The notes beneath the pieces are model-generated. The model saw nothing but the letters and a program-made list of their open reading frames with translations, was not told the origin of the DNA and did no database searches. A stretch of 63,421 nt of DNA, filler included, from Pelomyxa schiedti (taxonomy: Eukaryota > Protista > Evosea), in the NCBI GenBank assembly GCA_020536535.1. It is 22 parts of 22 records of this genome, joined end to end, with 100 filler letters (N's around TTAATTAATTAA, not from the genome) between each part and the next. Parts side by side here need not be neighbours in the genome. Positions count along the whole stretch, not along the records: positions 46,340 to 48,642 come from JAHLWZ010002041.1; positions 48,743 to 53,302 come from JAHLWZ010001583.1; positions 53,403 to 54,487 come from JAHLWZ010002857.1; positions 54,588 to 56,287 come from JAHLWZ010002324.1; positions 56,388 to 57,406 come from JAHLWZ010002994.1; positions 57,507 to 59,022 come from JAHLWZ010002453.1; 16 more parts are not named here. One strand, 5' to 3'. Each line of letters opens with the position of its first letter. Position 1 is the stretch's first letter. The position numbers and the translations under genes are program-made. This document shows, one piece after another, positions 46,340 to 58,045 of this stretch.

Positions 46340-47446
46340 GAGGACTGGGTGCTCAGGCCCGAGAGGGACGCTTTTTTTCAGCTGCCGGCGTGGCGAAGCC
46401 AAATTGTGGGGCATCCAGTGAAACTGTGGAGGCCCTTTTTGAGCGTGAGTGTGTCACCAACACTTGGTGTTGTCAGTTGGTCTCTGTTCAGGTGTGAGGA
46501 CTCGTGTGTGTATGGGTGTGTGGGAACAGACAGGATCCTGTGTGATCACAAGAGGGGTGACAGGTCTCACCATGCACTCTCTGACTTCAGGGTTCTGAGT
46601 GTGTCAGATGCGAACGGGAATGTTGATGTCTGTGATTCTCATGGAGAAGAAGAAGCCAGAGTGGTGTGGGACTCGGGGCTTCACATTGGCATGTCTCCTC
46701 ATGCCTACTGCAACAGGAGGTGGATCGTTGCGCTGCGGGAGTCCTCCCGTGTTTCTGGCCAGACTGACCTACGGGTTTGGAAGGTGGCACGTGGTGATGG
46801 AATCCCAGTGGAACCACCAGTGGACTTGTGTGGACTGGAACTGAAAGCTGCAGGTTTGGAGTTCCCACACCTGTGTGCTGACCTCGTGATGGTGTTTCCA
46901 CTTGAAGAAACTTCAATTCCTGTTGTTGATTTGGCTGCCAGCTTCAACACAGGCTCGTTGGTTGTCCCTTATTCCATTTCCTGTGTCCACAAGTTCCCAA
47001 GGAATGTTGTGTGGATGCCTGATGGGAGCCATTGGACACTGCATTTCGACTCCCCTTTCGAATCCCCCGTTTCCTTCCTTGAGAATCCTGAAAATCACCA
47101 GAGGCATGTGTTCCAAGAGGAACGTCAAGTTGCAGCAATCAGCAAGAAGCACATTTTTGCGGTCTCAACGCTTCCCAGCGGTCTCCTTCAGTTCAAAGTG
47201 TACCGGACTGGGAGGAGCCTCAGGGCCTTCAGGTCACCAACACTCTGTGTTCCCTGCACATGGGCATCTCCAGGAAACATGTCACAGACAGGGCTCATTC
47301 TTTCAACGAGGCATGACTTGAAATCCTACAGTCCACCCTGTGTGGTTTTCTCACTTCACGATGGCATCAGCACTATCCACTTGGGTTGCTTCTCTGTTCC
47401 TCACCAGTTCTTTTTTTGCAACTCAAGTGCTTGCCTTCTTCTCTGA
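46340..47446 (+). CDS. HPRCG-box family protein (5'-truncated)
   Basis: DWVLRPERD…LSVSVSPTLGVV…CNRRWIV…VVDLAASF. Confidence 0.82.
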   Translation, partial: EDWVLRPERDAFFQLPAWRSQIVGHPVKLWRPFLSVSVSPTLGVVSWSLFRCEDSCVYGCVGTDRILCDHKRGDRSHHALSDFRVLSVSDANGNVDVCDSHGEEEARVVWDSGLHIGMSPHAYCNRRWIVALRESSRVSGQTDLRVWKVARGDGIPVEPPVDLCGLELKAAGLEFPHLCADLVMVFPLEETSIPVVDLAASFNTGSLVVPYSISCVHKFPRNVVWMPDGSHWTLHFDSPFESPVSFLENPENHQRHVFQEERQVAAISKKHIFAVSTLPSGLLQFKVYRTGRSLRAFRSPTLCVPCTWASPGNMSQTGLILSTRHDLKSYSPPCVVFSLHDGISTIHLGCFSVPHQFFFCNSSACLLL

Positions 47447-47538
47447 AGAAGAAAAAAAACTCACTGCCTGGACACAGCAGCATTGCCAGGTATTTTTTTT
47501 TTTTTGCTTTCCCACCTATTCCAATAAAAAAAGTGATC

Positions 47539-48642
47539 ATGGGACAGCGACAAAGCCAAGAAACAACGACCACGACGACGTCGGCCAAGTCACAAGTGAT
47601 CGCGGTGTGTTGCTGTGGCGTCGCGAGGTGCTCCAAAAAATGCAGTCCCACAATGCGTGACTGGGCACGCTCGCCATCCCTCATCAGGCAGTGGGCCGAG
47701 TGCTGGGTGCTGAGGCCCGTCGCAGATTCGGTGTTCGAGCTTCCAGTGTGGTGGGGAGGTGGCAGGGGCGACAGCACCCCACGGTCCCGAGCGGGGAGGC
47801 CGTACCTGGCCCTGAGTGTGTCGCCAACCCTCGGTGTTGTCAGCTGGTCCCTGTTCAAGTCCGACATGCGTTATGTTTATGGGTGCGTGGGACCCAACTC
47901 GGTGCTGTGTTCATGCATCCAGCACGAACACAGATGGACTGGCGATTTGGCTGGTGCTGGTGATTTGAGGGTCGTGAAGATGCCCCACAGAGGGAATGGC
48001 AGCGACAGTGGTGCTGGGGAAGAGGAAAGGGAAAGGGACAAGGGGACAGAGGTGTGCAGCATCAGTGATTGCGTGGAACCGTCGGATGACTGGATGGTGG
48101 TGTGGTCGTTCAAGTGCGTGTTCCCAACGCTGCCATCGGTGAGGTGCAACAGGAGGTGGGTAGTGGTGTTTTTTTCGGGTTATGATGAACTGTGGATTTG
48201 GAGGGTTGCGGGAGGGAATGGGGAGGGAATTCCAGTGGAGGGGCAGGTGAAGCTGAGTGTTGGTGATATGAAACTGGCGAGTGCGTGCTTCTCACCACTC
48301 AGTGGTGATGCTCTAGTGATGTTCCCCGATGGTGATTGTGGTTCTGATTTGGTGGTTTTTGTTGATTTGTGTGCCACCTACGAATCAAGTTCCTTGGTGA
48401 TCACGTCCAAGCTCGTCTGTGGTGAAGTTTGGCCTGTGGGTGGTGTGATGTGGATGCCTGATGGCTCAATGAGCTCCTTGCATTTATGTTCCCCAACAGC
48501 TCCTTCCTTCCAGCTTGTGAATGTGGAGTCAAATCACAAGACACTTTTTTTTCCGGATGGGCTCAACATCACACCAATCAGCCAACACCAGGTCGTTGGT
48601 ATTCCAAGCTTTAGAGGAACTCTCGTTCAGTTCAGTGTTTAT
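47539..48642 (+). CDS. HPRCG-box family protein with N-myristoylation motif (3'-truncated)
   Basis: MGQRQS start; SAKSQVIAVCCCGVARCSKKCSPTM…WVLRPVAD…LSVSPTLGVV…CNRRWVV; tandem paralogue of 46340-47446. Confidence 0.82.
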
Positions 48643-48742
48643 NNNNNNNNNNNNNNNNNNNNNNNNNNNNNNNNNNNNNNNNNNNNTTAATTAATTAANN
48701 NNNNNNNNNNNNNNNNNNNNNNNNNNNNNNNNNNNNNNNNNN

Positions 48743-50326
48743 AATCCATCACAAGGCACCTGGAATCAAGTCTCACAAGGTTCAAACTTACTAACTACTT
48801 TTTTATGAGAAGTTACCAACCTGCACGAGGGTGACCCAATCTCTGCTTCCGCGCTTGCAACCGTGTATCATAAATGCCCCAGGCATCCCACCAAGGACCT
48901 TGATTTGGTCTGTTTGGAGGAGACCGAACCAATGTGTTATCTGTGCCACATCAGTTCTTCACATGCCACTCACAAGTGTGTCCCACTTGATGATATTGGC
49001 TCCCAGATTCGTGAATCCATCTTGGGTGTGCCTCACTCTGCCTTACAGAATTCAAAGTAATGTTGTGCTGCCAGGTTCGGTTTCCAAGCTTGAGGAAACA
49101 GTTGCACTTGAAAGTGAGGCCATCAAAGGCTGTGAGGCCTCCATTTTGGATGCAATGAAGTCACTCCTTTCGATTTCATCTACGGCTCAGTCTGAAATGG
49201 ACTCAATTTGCCAGTCAATGAAGCACAAGACCAGTGACCTGGTTTCAACGTGCAATTTACTTTCCTCCTTGATTGGTAATTTGTCCCCTGCTCCTCCATT
49301 CCTTTTCAGACTCTCATCTATAATAGAGGCAAAGGTGAAAGAACACAAAGAGTGCCTTGAGGTGTGCATGTCAACACACCAAAGAACAATCACGAGAGCA
49401 CACGAAATCGCCAAGTCCAGTGACGTTGTGAGTTTGATCGCAGCAGACAAGAAGTTGAAGGAAACCCTTTGTGAGTGCACACAGCTTGTGTCATCAGGAG
49501 CAATGACACCATGCTTCTCAGCAAAGAACATCGTGCACCACATCAACACCCAAGCACTCAAGGAGGTCCTCGATGATGATGACTTTGCATCGGTGCAGTA
49601 CCACAACAGCATCACCACAGATCCACAAGCTGCGCCTCAATTCTCCATCAAAGCACTGAAAGGCAGAGTTGTGCAACTCGAAGAGAGCCTGGCAAAGGAA
49701 TCTGTGTTGAACAGTGAACTGAGAGCACAGTTGGAAGAAAAGCAACAACAGATCACTCACTTGAGTGATCTTGCAGCACACATACCAACCAAGTTGGAGG
49801 CCAAAGTTGCCATGAGCTGTGGGCCCTATGTCAGCACACCAAATAACCCAGAGACTTACTTCCCAGAGAATTCTCTCATGGATGATGCCACAGTATTTGC
49901 TTCCCCTCTTGTGCCTTTCTCAGGTCCTTTTAGAACTATCCTTTCCTGCAGAATCAATCAACTAACAATCAAACGCCACACATACAACCCAAACAACAAA
50001 ACAAAACAGGAGAAGTGTTCATTGTTTACCAGGTGCTGTCTCCTAAAAGAGTTACGGCTTTCCAGCTCAAGAACCGCGCATCCTCCACTCAGATTGTGAA
50101 AACATTTTCGCTGCTTGGTAGTGACACAGAAACCGGCCCATGGACTGGCATCCTCAACCACGCTGCTGCCGACGTGAGTGGTGCTGTGGCTGAATACAGA
50201 ATTGCAGATTGTTTGCAACACTTCAGGTTCTGGAAGTTGCTACTGCTGGAGAACAACGGCAGCAATGCTGGATGTGGATTTGTGCTGCAATACGTGGCGT
50301 TCATTGGTTTATCATGCAATTCATAG
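48743..50326 (+). CDS. TRIM-like protein 3, second haplotype or recent copy (5'-truncated)
   Basis: Near-identical reverse complement of 32795-34380, introns included (e.g. intron 49924-50009). Confidence 0.85.
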
Positions 50327-50390
50327 CAACAATCCACATGATCACCCTTTTTAGCCAAAAAGCCAACCCAAAAAGGAACAAATAAAATTT

Positions 50391-50810
50391 CGTTTGCTTG
50401 TGTATTCTACTGAATCACACAGTCCTCAATCCACTAAACTGCACCAGGACTGCAGGGCCTCATGAGCAAGCCCAAGATCATGTACTTTGTGGAAGGACAC
50501 AATTATCCTGCAGGTAACTGGCGTTCCTAACTGGGCAAGATATACCACAGCCACATAGTTTCCACATATAAAGAAAAGGGGAAACCACCCAAAAATGTGC
50601 GAACGAAGTGAGCCATTTTTGGGTGGGATAGATGAACTACAGTCAGACGCTGCAGGTGGCAAGCCCTTATGCAGCCTTGCGCTTTGGAGGCACCAAGTGT
50701 TTCGCCCTGGCCCTAGAGACCAAGCCCTTTCTGCCCTATCAAAAACCATGTCGCCACAGCTTTGTCAGTTACTACTGATGCCAGTAGATGCCATGGACTG
50801 TGCCAGGTGT
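50391..50810 (+). mobile_element. Decayed RT-thumb/RNase H relic (DIRS/Ty3-like)
   Basis: Fragments LLVYS…, WVG*MNYSQTLQVASP and ALSVTTDASRCHG in shifting frames; TDAS is the RNase H first-Asp motif. Confidence 0.55.
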
Positions 50811-50905
50811 CAGAATTGTTTTTTGGTTTTCAAGTCCACTCAGAATTATTTACCACCTGTGCTATCCTGCAGTTCAGTACCCTGCTGCCAAGTCAGCAGT
50901 GAAAC

Positions 50906-51576
50906 TGTTAGCTTCTGTGGAAAGAGAAGAAAGCCCCACAGAGGGAAAAGAACGAAAGAGAGTAAGAGTGTAGAGGTTCTCTTGCTTGTTCTCGTGCTTG
51001 GGTTGCACGTGGTCAAAGGATAATTAATTTGGTGCGGTTAGGTGTGGTTAGCTTCAAAGCCACGCTGTTGTCCAATTCTCAGTCAAGATTGCCTCAGAAT
51101 CAATCACCACTGCAGTCCGCATTAGTGCGTTCTGCGTCTCATAAGATCGTCGCTGCCTTATTCCAGTAATTCCATCAAGCCCGCATTGGATCTCGAGAGT
51201 CGAGATTCGTACAGAGTCCGCAGAGTGTCCATAGAGCTAAAGCTCGTGTACTTGCTAAAGTACACACGTTCCCCCTCCTCTTCAGCACGAATGTGTGTTC
51301 CAATCACAAGAGTTCACATAATAATAAATAGGCAAAAAATGCGCAGTCAGGTGCGTAGCCGACGACACGGATTGGATCGCGGTGGTAGTCCGGTGAAGTA
51401 GAAACTGTCGGGATCATGATGCCGTAGTTTGTGAGCATGTATGAGCTCGGCTGGGTTCGTGCCCGATCGCTCTTGGTGTGAAAAGTAAAGTAGGAGCAGT
51501 AAGAGCTCGGCGAGGCTGCGTTTTTGTTGCCGCAAGTGTGTTGATACCGCCAGTGAAGCGGCGATCCAGTGGTGCA
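50906..51576. mobile_element. Longest LTR-like repeat (TG…CA, ~670 bp)
   Basis: Starts TGTTAG and ends GGTGCA, immediately before a T15 run (a purine tract on the minus strand). The first ~300 bp recur at 20802. Confidence 0.6.
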
Positions 51577-51599
51577 TTTTTTTTTTTTTTTCAAAGTTA

Positions 51600-53302
51600 G
51601 ATTGCACTATACTCATGTGCGCTACTAGGTGCGGTCTTTGCTGTGAGTTTGAATTTGAACTGGAAAGTTGTAAAATGCTTGCAAAACTCCAGTTGCATGT
51701 CATGTGTGCACAGTTGTACTCAGGATGGATTCCCCATCTGCCACTCACTAAGATGGATTGATTGGGTCTGCTGTGTACCCTTTGGTATAATCTCGCTTCT
51801 AACAGTGACCCAGGGTCAACCTCTTTCTGGGTTTGGAAGTTCCACTGGCCTGCCCACACACCCAACTCAAGTATCCCTGCAAATTCGTGTTTGCATGGTA
51901 ATTTCTAATAGTAATCAGGTCTTCATGTATAGCCACAGAGAAGAGTATTGATTCCCTTTACTGGGTTGCTTCCTTGCCTTTCTCGTTGTGGTTTGTGCTC
52001 ATAATATTTCCCTGTTCCAACTCTGAATTCAAAGATATTTGCAAGGCTTCGTAGTAACGATTTATCAATCCAATGCCATTGGTTCTCATCCTGCCTCTGT
52101 CTTGGTATCCATGGCAATGTCACTGATGCATGACTTCTGCCTCAGCTGAAAGTTTCGTACATTGTATGATTCCTATTCCCCAAAATGTTGCTTCAATTCG
52201 GTGCTGGTAACTTGTGCTTTCCCTCCAACACCGCTAACACCACACAAAGGTTCCCTCATATCTGTCCTGGCTCTGCAGGACCATTAGCGTTGTAAAAACT
52301 GTGTCCAGCTTGAATAGAATAATGAGTCCTTCATGCTGCTCTGCTTTGTGTATCTCCAGGTGTGTCTGCCACTTCTCCTAAGTCTCTCAGATTCCTTCTA
52401 GCGTAGTATTTGTGGCATCCATATACAGGATTCTGTTTGAATTGTACGAAACTTGTGTTTTCTGCTTGTATGTGTATTGCCCAATGATTGCTGACCATTG
52501 TAAGCTGCCTCCTTCTTGCTAATAATCGCTGTTGATGGTACCTTTCATGCCAAATTCGTTTTCAGTGCTCCAATGTCACTACAGTATATGCCTAGCTGCT
52601 CACCTCAGATCCTTCCAACCTGAAGGTATTCCCCATGTTTTGCTGACTCTCCACCCAACTTAGAATTGTACAAAGCAGTTCCTGGATTGCGGTTGTGGCT
52701 AGCAGGTTAGGGCTCTCCCTGTTGTGAGAAGTCATCACTACTGTTGTTGCCATGCCCCTTTCTGCAAATCCAAAATTTCCAAATGTATCTGCTGCATATT
52801 ACACTGAGCTGTGCTTCTCTGCAGGTCTTTACTACGATGTTCCGAATGATTCAGGTTTGTTTCTCACGATATTCAAATTCTGATTCCGTTTTAGGTTGCA
52901 TTGAATTCTAAGCTGATTACAGGTGTTGAGAGCAAGGCTTCCACTTCTGCAATTCTACTTGCGTGCTGCTAATTCTGCCTTAACTAATTGAAAAGTGTCT
53001 GCATTGCAGCATTACTGTTGAGCTGTGTGTTTCCTTTTCCCTTTTGAAAAGGAGTGTATATTAGTCTCACTTGCACATCGCAAAGTCTTGAGCTTTGTTT
53101 CAGTGATCACTGTGATACTCTGTCCCACTATTCTTGCTTATGGCGGTCCTAATTCCAGTGCTGAATCGCTCTCAATGCTCACGTTGCTAGGTTGATGCTG
53201 CTTGGCAACTCTGGTATGTCTAGCTCCTCATAGCTTGCTTCTAACACAAGTAGTAAGTCCGCTTTGAAAACTTCCCAGAATGCTGAGCAATTTCTTGCTT
53301 TC
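51600..53302 (-). mobile_element. Heavily decayed retroelement pol-like region
   Basis: Stop-ridden minus-strand fragments WGIPSGWK, LGIYCSDI, ILYMDATNTTLEG and LPWIPRQ occur in RT-then-RNase H order. Confidence 0.4.
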
Positions 53303-53941
53303 NNNNNNNNNNNNNNNNNNNNNNNNNNNNNNNNNNNNNNNNNNNNTTAATTAATTAANNNNNNNNNNNNNNNNNNNNNNNNNNNNNNNNNNNNNNNNNN
53401 NNAGTGCCCTATGAACGACGCATAACTGTCTCGGTGCTGATTCACCGCCCATTCACTATTAAGAGACGATGTTAAAAACGGGGAAAAGCTAATACAATTC
53501 CTATCACTAACCAAACCCTAGTATCAGCACACAACGGGGTATACAAATCGGGATGCGGCACGGCCGAGGAAGAGGAAGCCGCGGCAGCCGCCGAGCGCGA
53601 GGCAGCCGAGCTCCGAGACGCGGCGGCGCAGCTGGCCGCCCAGGCAAGCATGTACGTAGCCGCCACCGCCGGCATCCCCGCACTGCCCCCTCAACACGTC
53701 CCAAAAGTACCCCCTGGAAAAACAAGTTAGGCACAAACCCCCGTCACCAAAGGCAAACCAAAATCAGACACAGCACTGTCACCTACAGAACACAAAACAA
53801 AAAAAAACCAACACAGAGACCCCTTGTAGGATTCTGTGTAGTTTTATCAATGGAACACAGGGAGTGGCAAAACAATAGTTTTGTTATGGGACTTACTTAG
53901 TGCCCACTGTTGTTGTTGGTAATGTTATGTTGTTGGGTAGG

Positions 53942-54487
53942 TTATAGCGAGCCTAGAGCGGCTTCAGAGCACGAGATGCATTGGGAAAGGAACACTTTGC
54001 GGGCAACGTCGACGTTATCGGCCTTACCTAGTGGTGTTGTTGGTACCGAGGAAAGTGGGAAGAGATAATGAACCTTTCCAAGCGGCGCGGCAAGAGTCCT
54101 GTAGGGCTCTGCCAAATGAGAAGCCGAGGTACCACGGTTTGGGTCCTACGCCTTGGTTGATCAGCTTTAGCAACAGGGTGGCCTTGGAGTCTTGGATTCC
54201 GCCGGACAAGAACTGTGGTAAGGCGTTTTAGTAGGGGAGAAAAGGATAGGATGTGGGAAACCATGATGCAACGAACAGCCGGAGGAACGGTCCTGCTGAC
54301 AGCAAGCAGGGTAGCATCAGCACATTGCTGAGGGGAAGCTCGGGAAACACAGGTAGTGCCATTTATAACCATGCTTGGTTTTAGTATGATACCTTCGAGC
54401 ACTACATTGAATCTGCTAAGTGCTTGGAAGACGGCGGTGAGGACTTGCTGGGTTGTCTCAAGGCATTGTTGCACTGTATGGCTCCCT
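53942..54487 (-). CDS. FBA: Fructose-bisphosphate aldolase class I (3' part)
   Basis: VLEGIILKPSMV (Schiff-base Lys)…TVPPAV..IM|FLSGG…PKPWYLGFSFGRALQ…AWKG|K…AALGSL*; introns 54213-54261 and 54028-54073. Confidence 0.93.
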
Positions 54488-54587
54488 NNNNNNNNNNNNN
54501 NNNNNNNNNNNNNNNNNNNNNNNNNNNNNNNTTAATTAATTAANNNNNNNNNNNNNNNNNNNNNNNNNNNNNNNNNNNNNNNNNNNN

Positions 54588-55065
54588 ACTTGATCATTTC
54601 CGTATGAATCAGAATGAAGACTGGCATACAATGATAAGCCGATTCCGCAGAGTGTACTTGGAGGCGGCAGGAACAGCCTCAGAGTTTGGGTTGGTACAGA
54701 ATTTCAAGCGGCTACTCCCAGATGATTGGCTCAAAACTATAGAGGTAATTCACCTGCAATTTTCTACCTTCAAGGAATTAGCTGATTGTGTGGGCTGCTA
54801 TTACCTCCGCAAACCAGACAAATTCCCCAAGGTGGACAGCCCTGCCAAGAGCACAGTTAAGCCAGATGTTGCACTTTGTAAATTCCCAGAGGGGTGTGCC
54901 AAGGCGAGGACATATGAGAGGCAGAGGAGGTGAAGTGGTCCGAGGAGCTGTGAGAGGTGGCTTTTATCAGAGAGGCTCAAGGCAGACATTCAGCTGGGGC
55001 CCCATGCAAGGCAGGGGTGCAGGAAAGATGAACTTCATTAGCTCTCATGAGAAGTCATATCTGGG
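54588..55065 (+). mobile_element. Retrotransposon gag-like fragment
   Basis: MNQNEDWHTMISRFRRVY…LVQNFKRLLPDDWLKTI…TFKELAD resembles the Ty3-type capsid C-terminal pattern, followed by an RGG-rich stretch. Confidence 0.5.
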
Positions 55066-55185
55066 TCAAAGGGTGGCTGTTTTTTTTCCTGTCAAGTTCC
55101 TGTAAAAACAGCCGCCCATTTTTTTTGGGCAGCTGTCCTATCAAAACCACGTGCAAAACAGCCACCCCCAAGGGTGGCTGTCTGA
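55066..55185. mobile_element. Alternating GGGTGGCTGT/ACAGCCRCCC motif array; probable DNA-transposon end
   Basis: Five motif copies in alternating orientation; the start TCAAAGGGTGGCTGTTTTTTTTCC parallels TCAGTGGGCGGTGATTTTTTTCC at 8131. Confidence 0.55.
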
Positions 55186-55410
55186 AGTGCTGTGGGAAGT
55201 GGCTAGCACAAAAGGAAAAGGTGTCCCCTGTTGTGCAATGATGGAAGAACAGCACAGGAAGGTGGTAAATATGAGTGTGTTTGTTTTGATTGGAAAAGCC
55301 ACCCTACAATTAACATCCTGGTAAACACATGATAGAACAGAGTAAGTGGCCTTCCAAGCCTCCCATGTCCGAGCAGATCCCCTTGGATCAACAACAAAGA
55401 AAAAACCATT

Positions 55411-56136
55411 TTGGTTTTTTTTGATGGGGAAGAACCACGCAGCAACAACGCTGACACCCCCAACAAAGTTCCCAGCAACTACACTCACACCCCCAGGGCA
55501 AATGGTGGTGAGAAGTCCAAAAGGAAAACCAACAGGAGGGGTGGTGGAAACACATACTTTGACACCACCTCCCTTCATGCAAGTGCCAACACTGAAGTGG
55601 GGGTGTACACCCGCGGTGATGCCTGCAGCGACTCAAACACTCACAACTACATAATTCAAAGCACATTGCTCACCCAGTAAGTAATTGCCTATGTTAAATA
55701 ATTAAAGAAATATTTTTTTTAATAATTGATGTAGGACCAACGTTTAGTATCTGTTCTTCTTGTGCAACTAGATGAATCTAAGAAGGCTCTCCAAGAAGAG
55801 AAAGAAGAGTGTGAACGTCAACGTTCCAGAGAAAGGCATTTCTTTCAAGAACAAATCACTAAGTGTGAAGCAAGGATTGCTCAATTGGACAAAGATAATG
55901 CAGCACTGCTTTCAAAGCAAGACTTAGAAATTGCACAGTTGAAAAAAGATCATGCCACAGAGATTCAAGTTCTCAAACAAGAAAATGCTCTTAAAATCAC
56001 ACAGCTCAATGATGAACACAAGATAGCTGTTCAACTTTATCAACAACAACTACAAGTGTTCTCTCAGACCAACTCCTCTCTCACTCAAAACTTCTCAAGT
56101 ATTGTGTCTCTTATTAAAACTCCTTTGCATTCTTAG
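55411..56136 (+). CDS. Coiled-coil protein (partial, probably two exons)
   Basis: ORF 55762-56136 is a clear heptad coiled coil; an AT-rich GT-AG intron-like stretch lies at ~55677-55735. Confidence 0.5.
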
Positions 56137-56502
56137 AATTTAGAATTTCCAAGCAGTGAACAAATGCCATGGAACCAACTTCAAAGTCGCATGTCACAAC
56201 AAAATATCCAACAACGAAAGAGTGAGATAGAAATGGGTACATTCATCAAATTACAAATGAATTTGTCAAATCCAGAGTGGACAAACTNNNNNNNNNNNNN
56301 NNNNNNNNNNNNNNNNNNNNNNNNNNNNNNNTTAATTAATTAANNNNNNNNNNNNNNNNNNNNNNNNNNNNNNNNNNNNNNNNNNNNTTTTCAGTTGCCG
56401 GGGGTGGGGAAGAATTGGAGTGCTCCTCTGTGTGGCGAATTCTGGGGCAAGAGGGGTTTATTCCACATCATGGGAGAAGTGAGCATAAATGGGCATTTGG
56501 AT

Positions 56503-56558
56503 GTGTTGGGGGGTGGGGTTTGAACCCACGACACCGTGGGTGACTAGCCTAAATCTAG
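56503..56558 (-). tRNA. tRNA-Leu(UAG)-like 3' half (pseudogene fragment)
   Basis: Minus strand: CTAGA-TTTAGGC-TAG, variable arm CACC-CAC-GGTG, T-arm GTGGG-TTCAAAC-CCCAC, acceptor 3' strand CCCCAAC-A. No D-arm or GTTGGGG 5' strand was found. Confidence 0.55.
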
Positions 56559-58045
56559 AACTCCACTTGGAATCTGGTAGGTTTAAGCAATGGTCTTACG
56601 GTCTTGCACTGAACTCCAAACACTGAGGCACTTTTTTTTTGGAATTAAGACAATGCCACCACAAGCAGGCTTTTGCCTGGTAGTCAGGCTTTTCAAAATG
56701 AGGAAGAACAGGGAAAAAAACAAAAGAAACCACCATTTTTGAAAAGAGACAGTTTTTTATGAGCAATAAGCCAGCCACTTTCAAGAGATTAGGGGGTTGT
56801 TTTAGGAATTGTGTGGAGAAACCGAAAAAGCACCCTCAGGAGGAAAGGCAGTCTTACCAGACATTTTCTTCATGGTGTGGCACAGGGGGATGGGCAATCT
56901 CATTGTGAGGAACTGTTTCAAGGTGTTTCTTTGTGTCCTTCTTCTTAGCAAAGGACATAGCTAAAAAGCAGTGACCTCTCCAAACAATAAGAGAAGAGAA
57001 TGTGTTTACCTGCGTGCAACATAGAAAAAATGAGGAGGGTTCGTGGAAGTGTAGATTGTTTCATGTGTCACTAGGAGAAGTTAAGGAGTGGAAGGGAAGG
57101 TGACACACTTGGGGTATTCACCAAGCAAGTAAGTTCTGCCACACCACCATCGAACAGCACCACAATTTCATGTTTGCTGAGGCCCTCAGATCCTCATGTG
57201 ATTGTAAATAATTTGTAATTTATTAAGGTTACTCAAAAAAACAGATGCCTGCGTGGTAATTGGAGGCACAGTGAGCCTTGCATCACAAGGAATAAATCCA
57301 GTTGTGCTCCAAAAGTTGTTCTCATCCCACTGTGCAGCCAAAAATCACTCAGTTAAACCAAAATCACTCACATACCAAAGGAACTTGCAGGATTGGAACC
57401 AAGAAANNNNNNNNNNNNNNNNNNNNNNNNNNNNNNNNNNNNNNNNNNNNTTAATTAATTAANNNNNNNNNNNNNNNNNNNNNNNNNNNNNNNNNNNNNN
57501 NNNNNNTGATATGATTATGAGATGCCGTGCAACTGCTGGCATTATGGAGACATGATACTGTCCATATGAGAACGCAGTAAATGCTTATTGGACTGGCAAG
57601 CGAAGGCAGCACTCCGTATTGTTTTCTTTTAAGGTAGTGTAAGTGTAACTGACCGCCTATCCTGATCGTGGGCCCACGATAACGAAATTGACAGCATTGG
57701 TGTTTTATCCCTTCACCAATTGTATTTGCCTCAGTGTTCCAAGTTGGTGTTTTCTTCGAAGAAACAATACCATAAAAGAAAGCAGGGCGGAGTTAAATGG
57801 AGACGTACGTGACACAGATCATGTACAGGCCGTCTGCGCCAACATCCATTAGAACTGACGCAGTTGTGCTCGGTTTCTTGTCCATTTTTTTTTTTTTTTT
57901 GCGCGTTTTTTTCCCAGCCCTTTTTTTTTGTGTTTTTTGTCATTTTTCCCAACCTTACTCTTCTTTACAACAACATAAACAAAACAAATAAACAAACATA
58001 AACAAACAAAGATAGTGGTGCGTGATACACACGGATCTTCTTAGC

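Noticed and set aside
56388-56620. Permuted or intron-containing complete tRNA
   Set aside because: No GTTGGGG 5' acceptor strand or D-arm found on either side within the contig.
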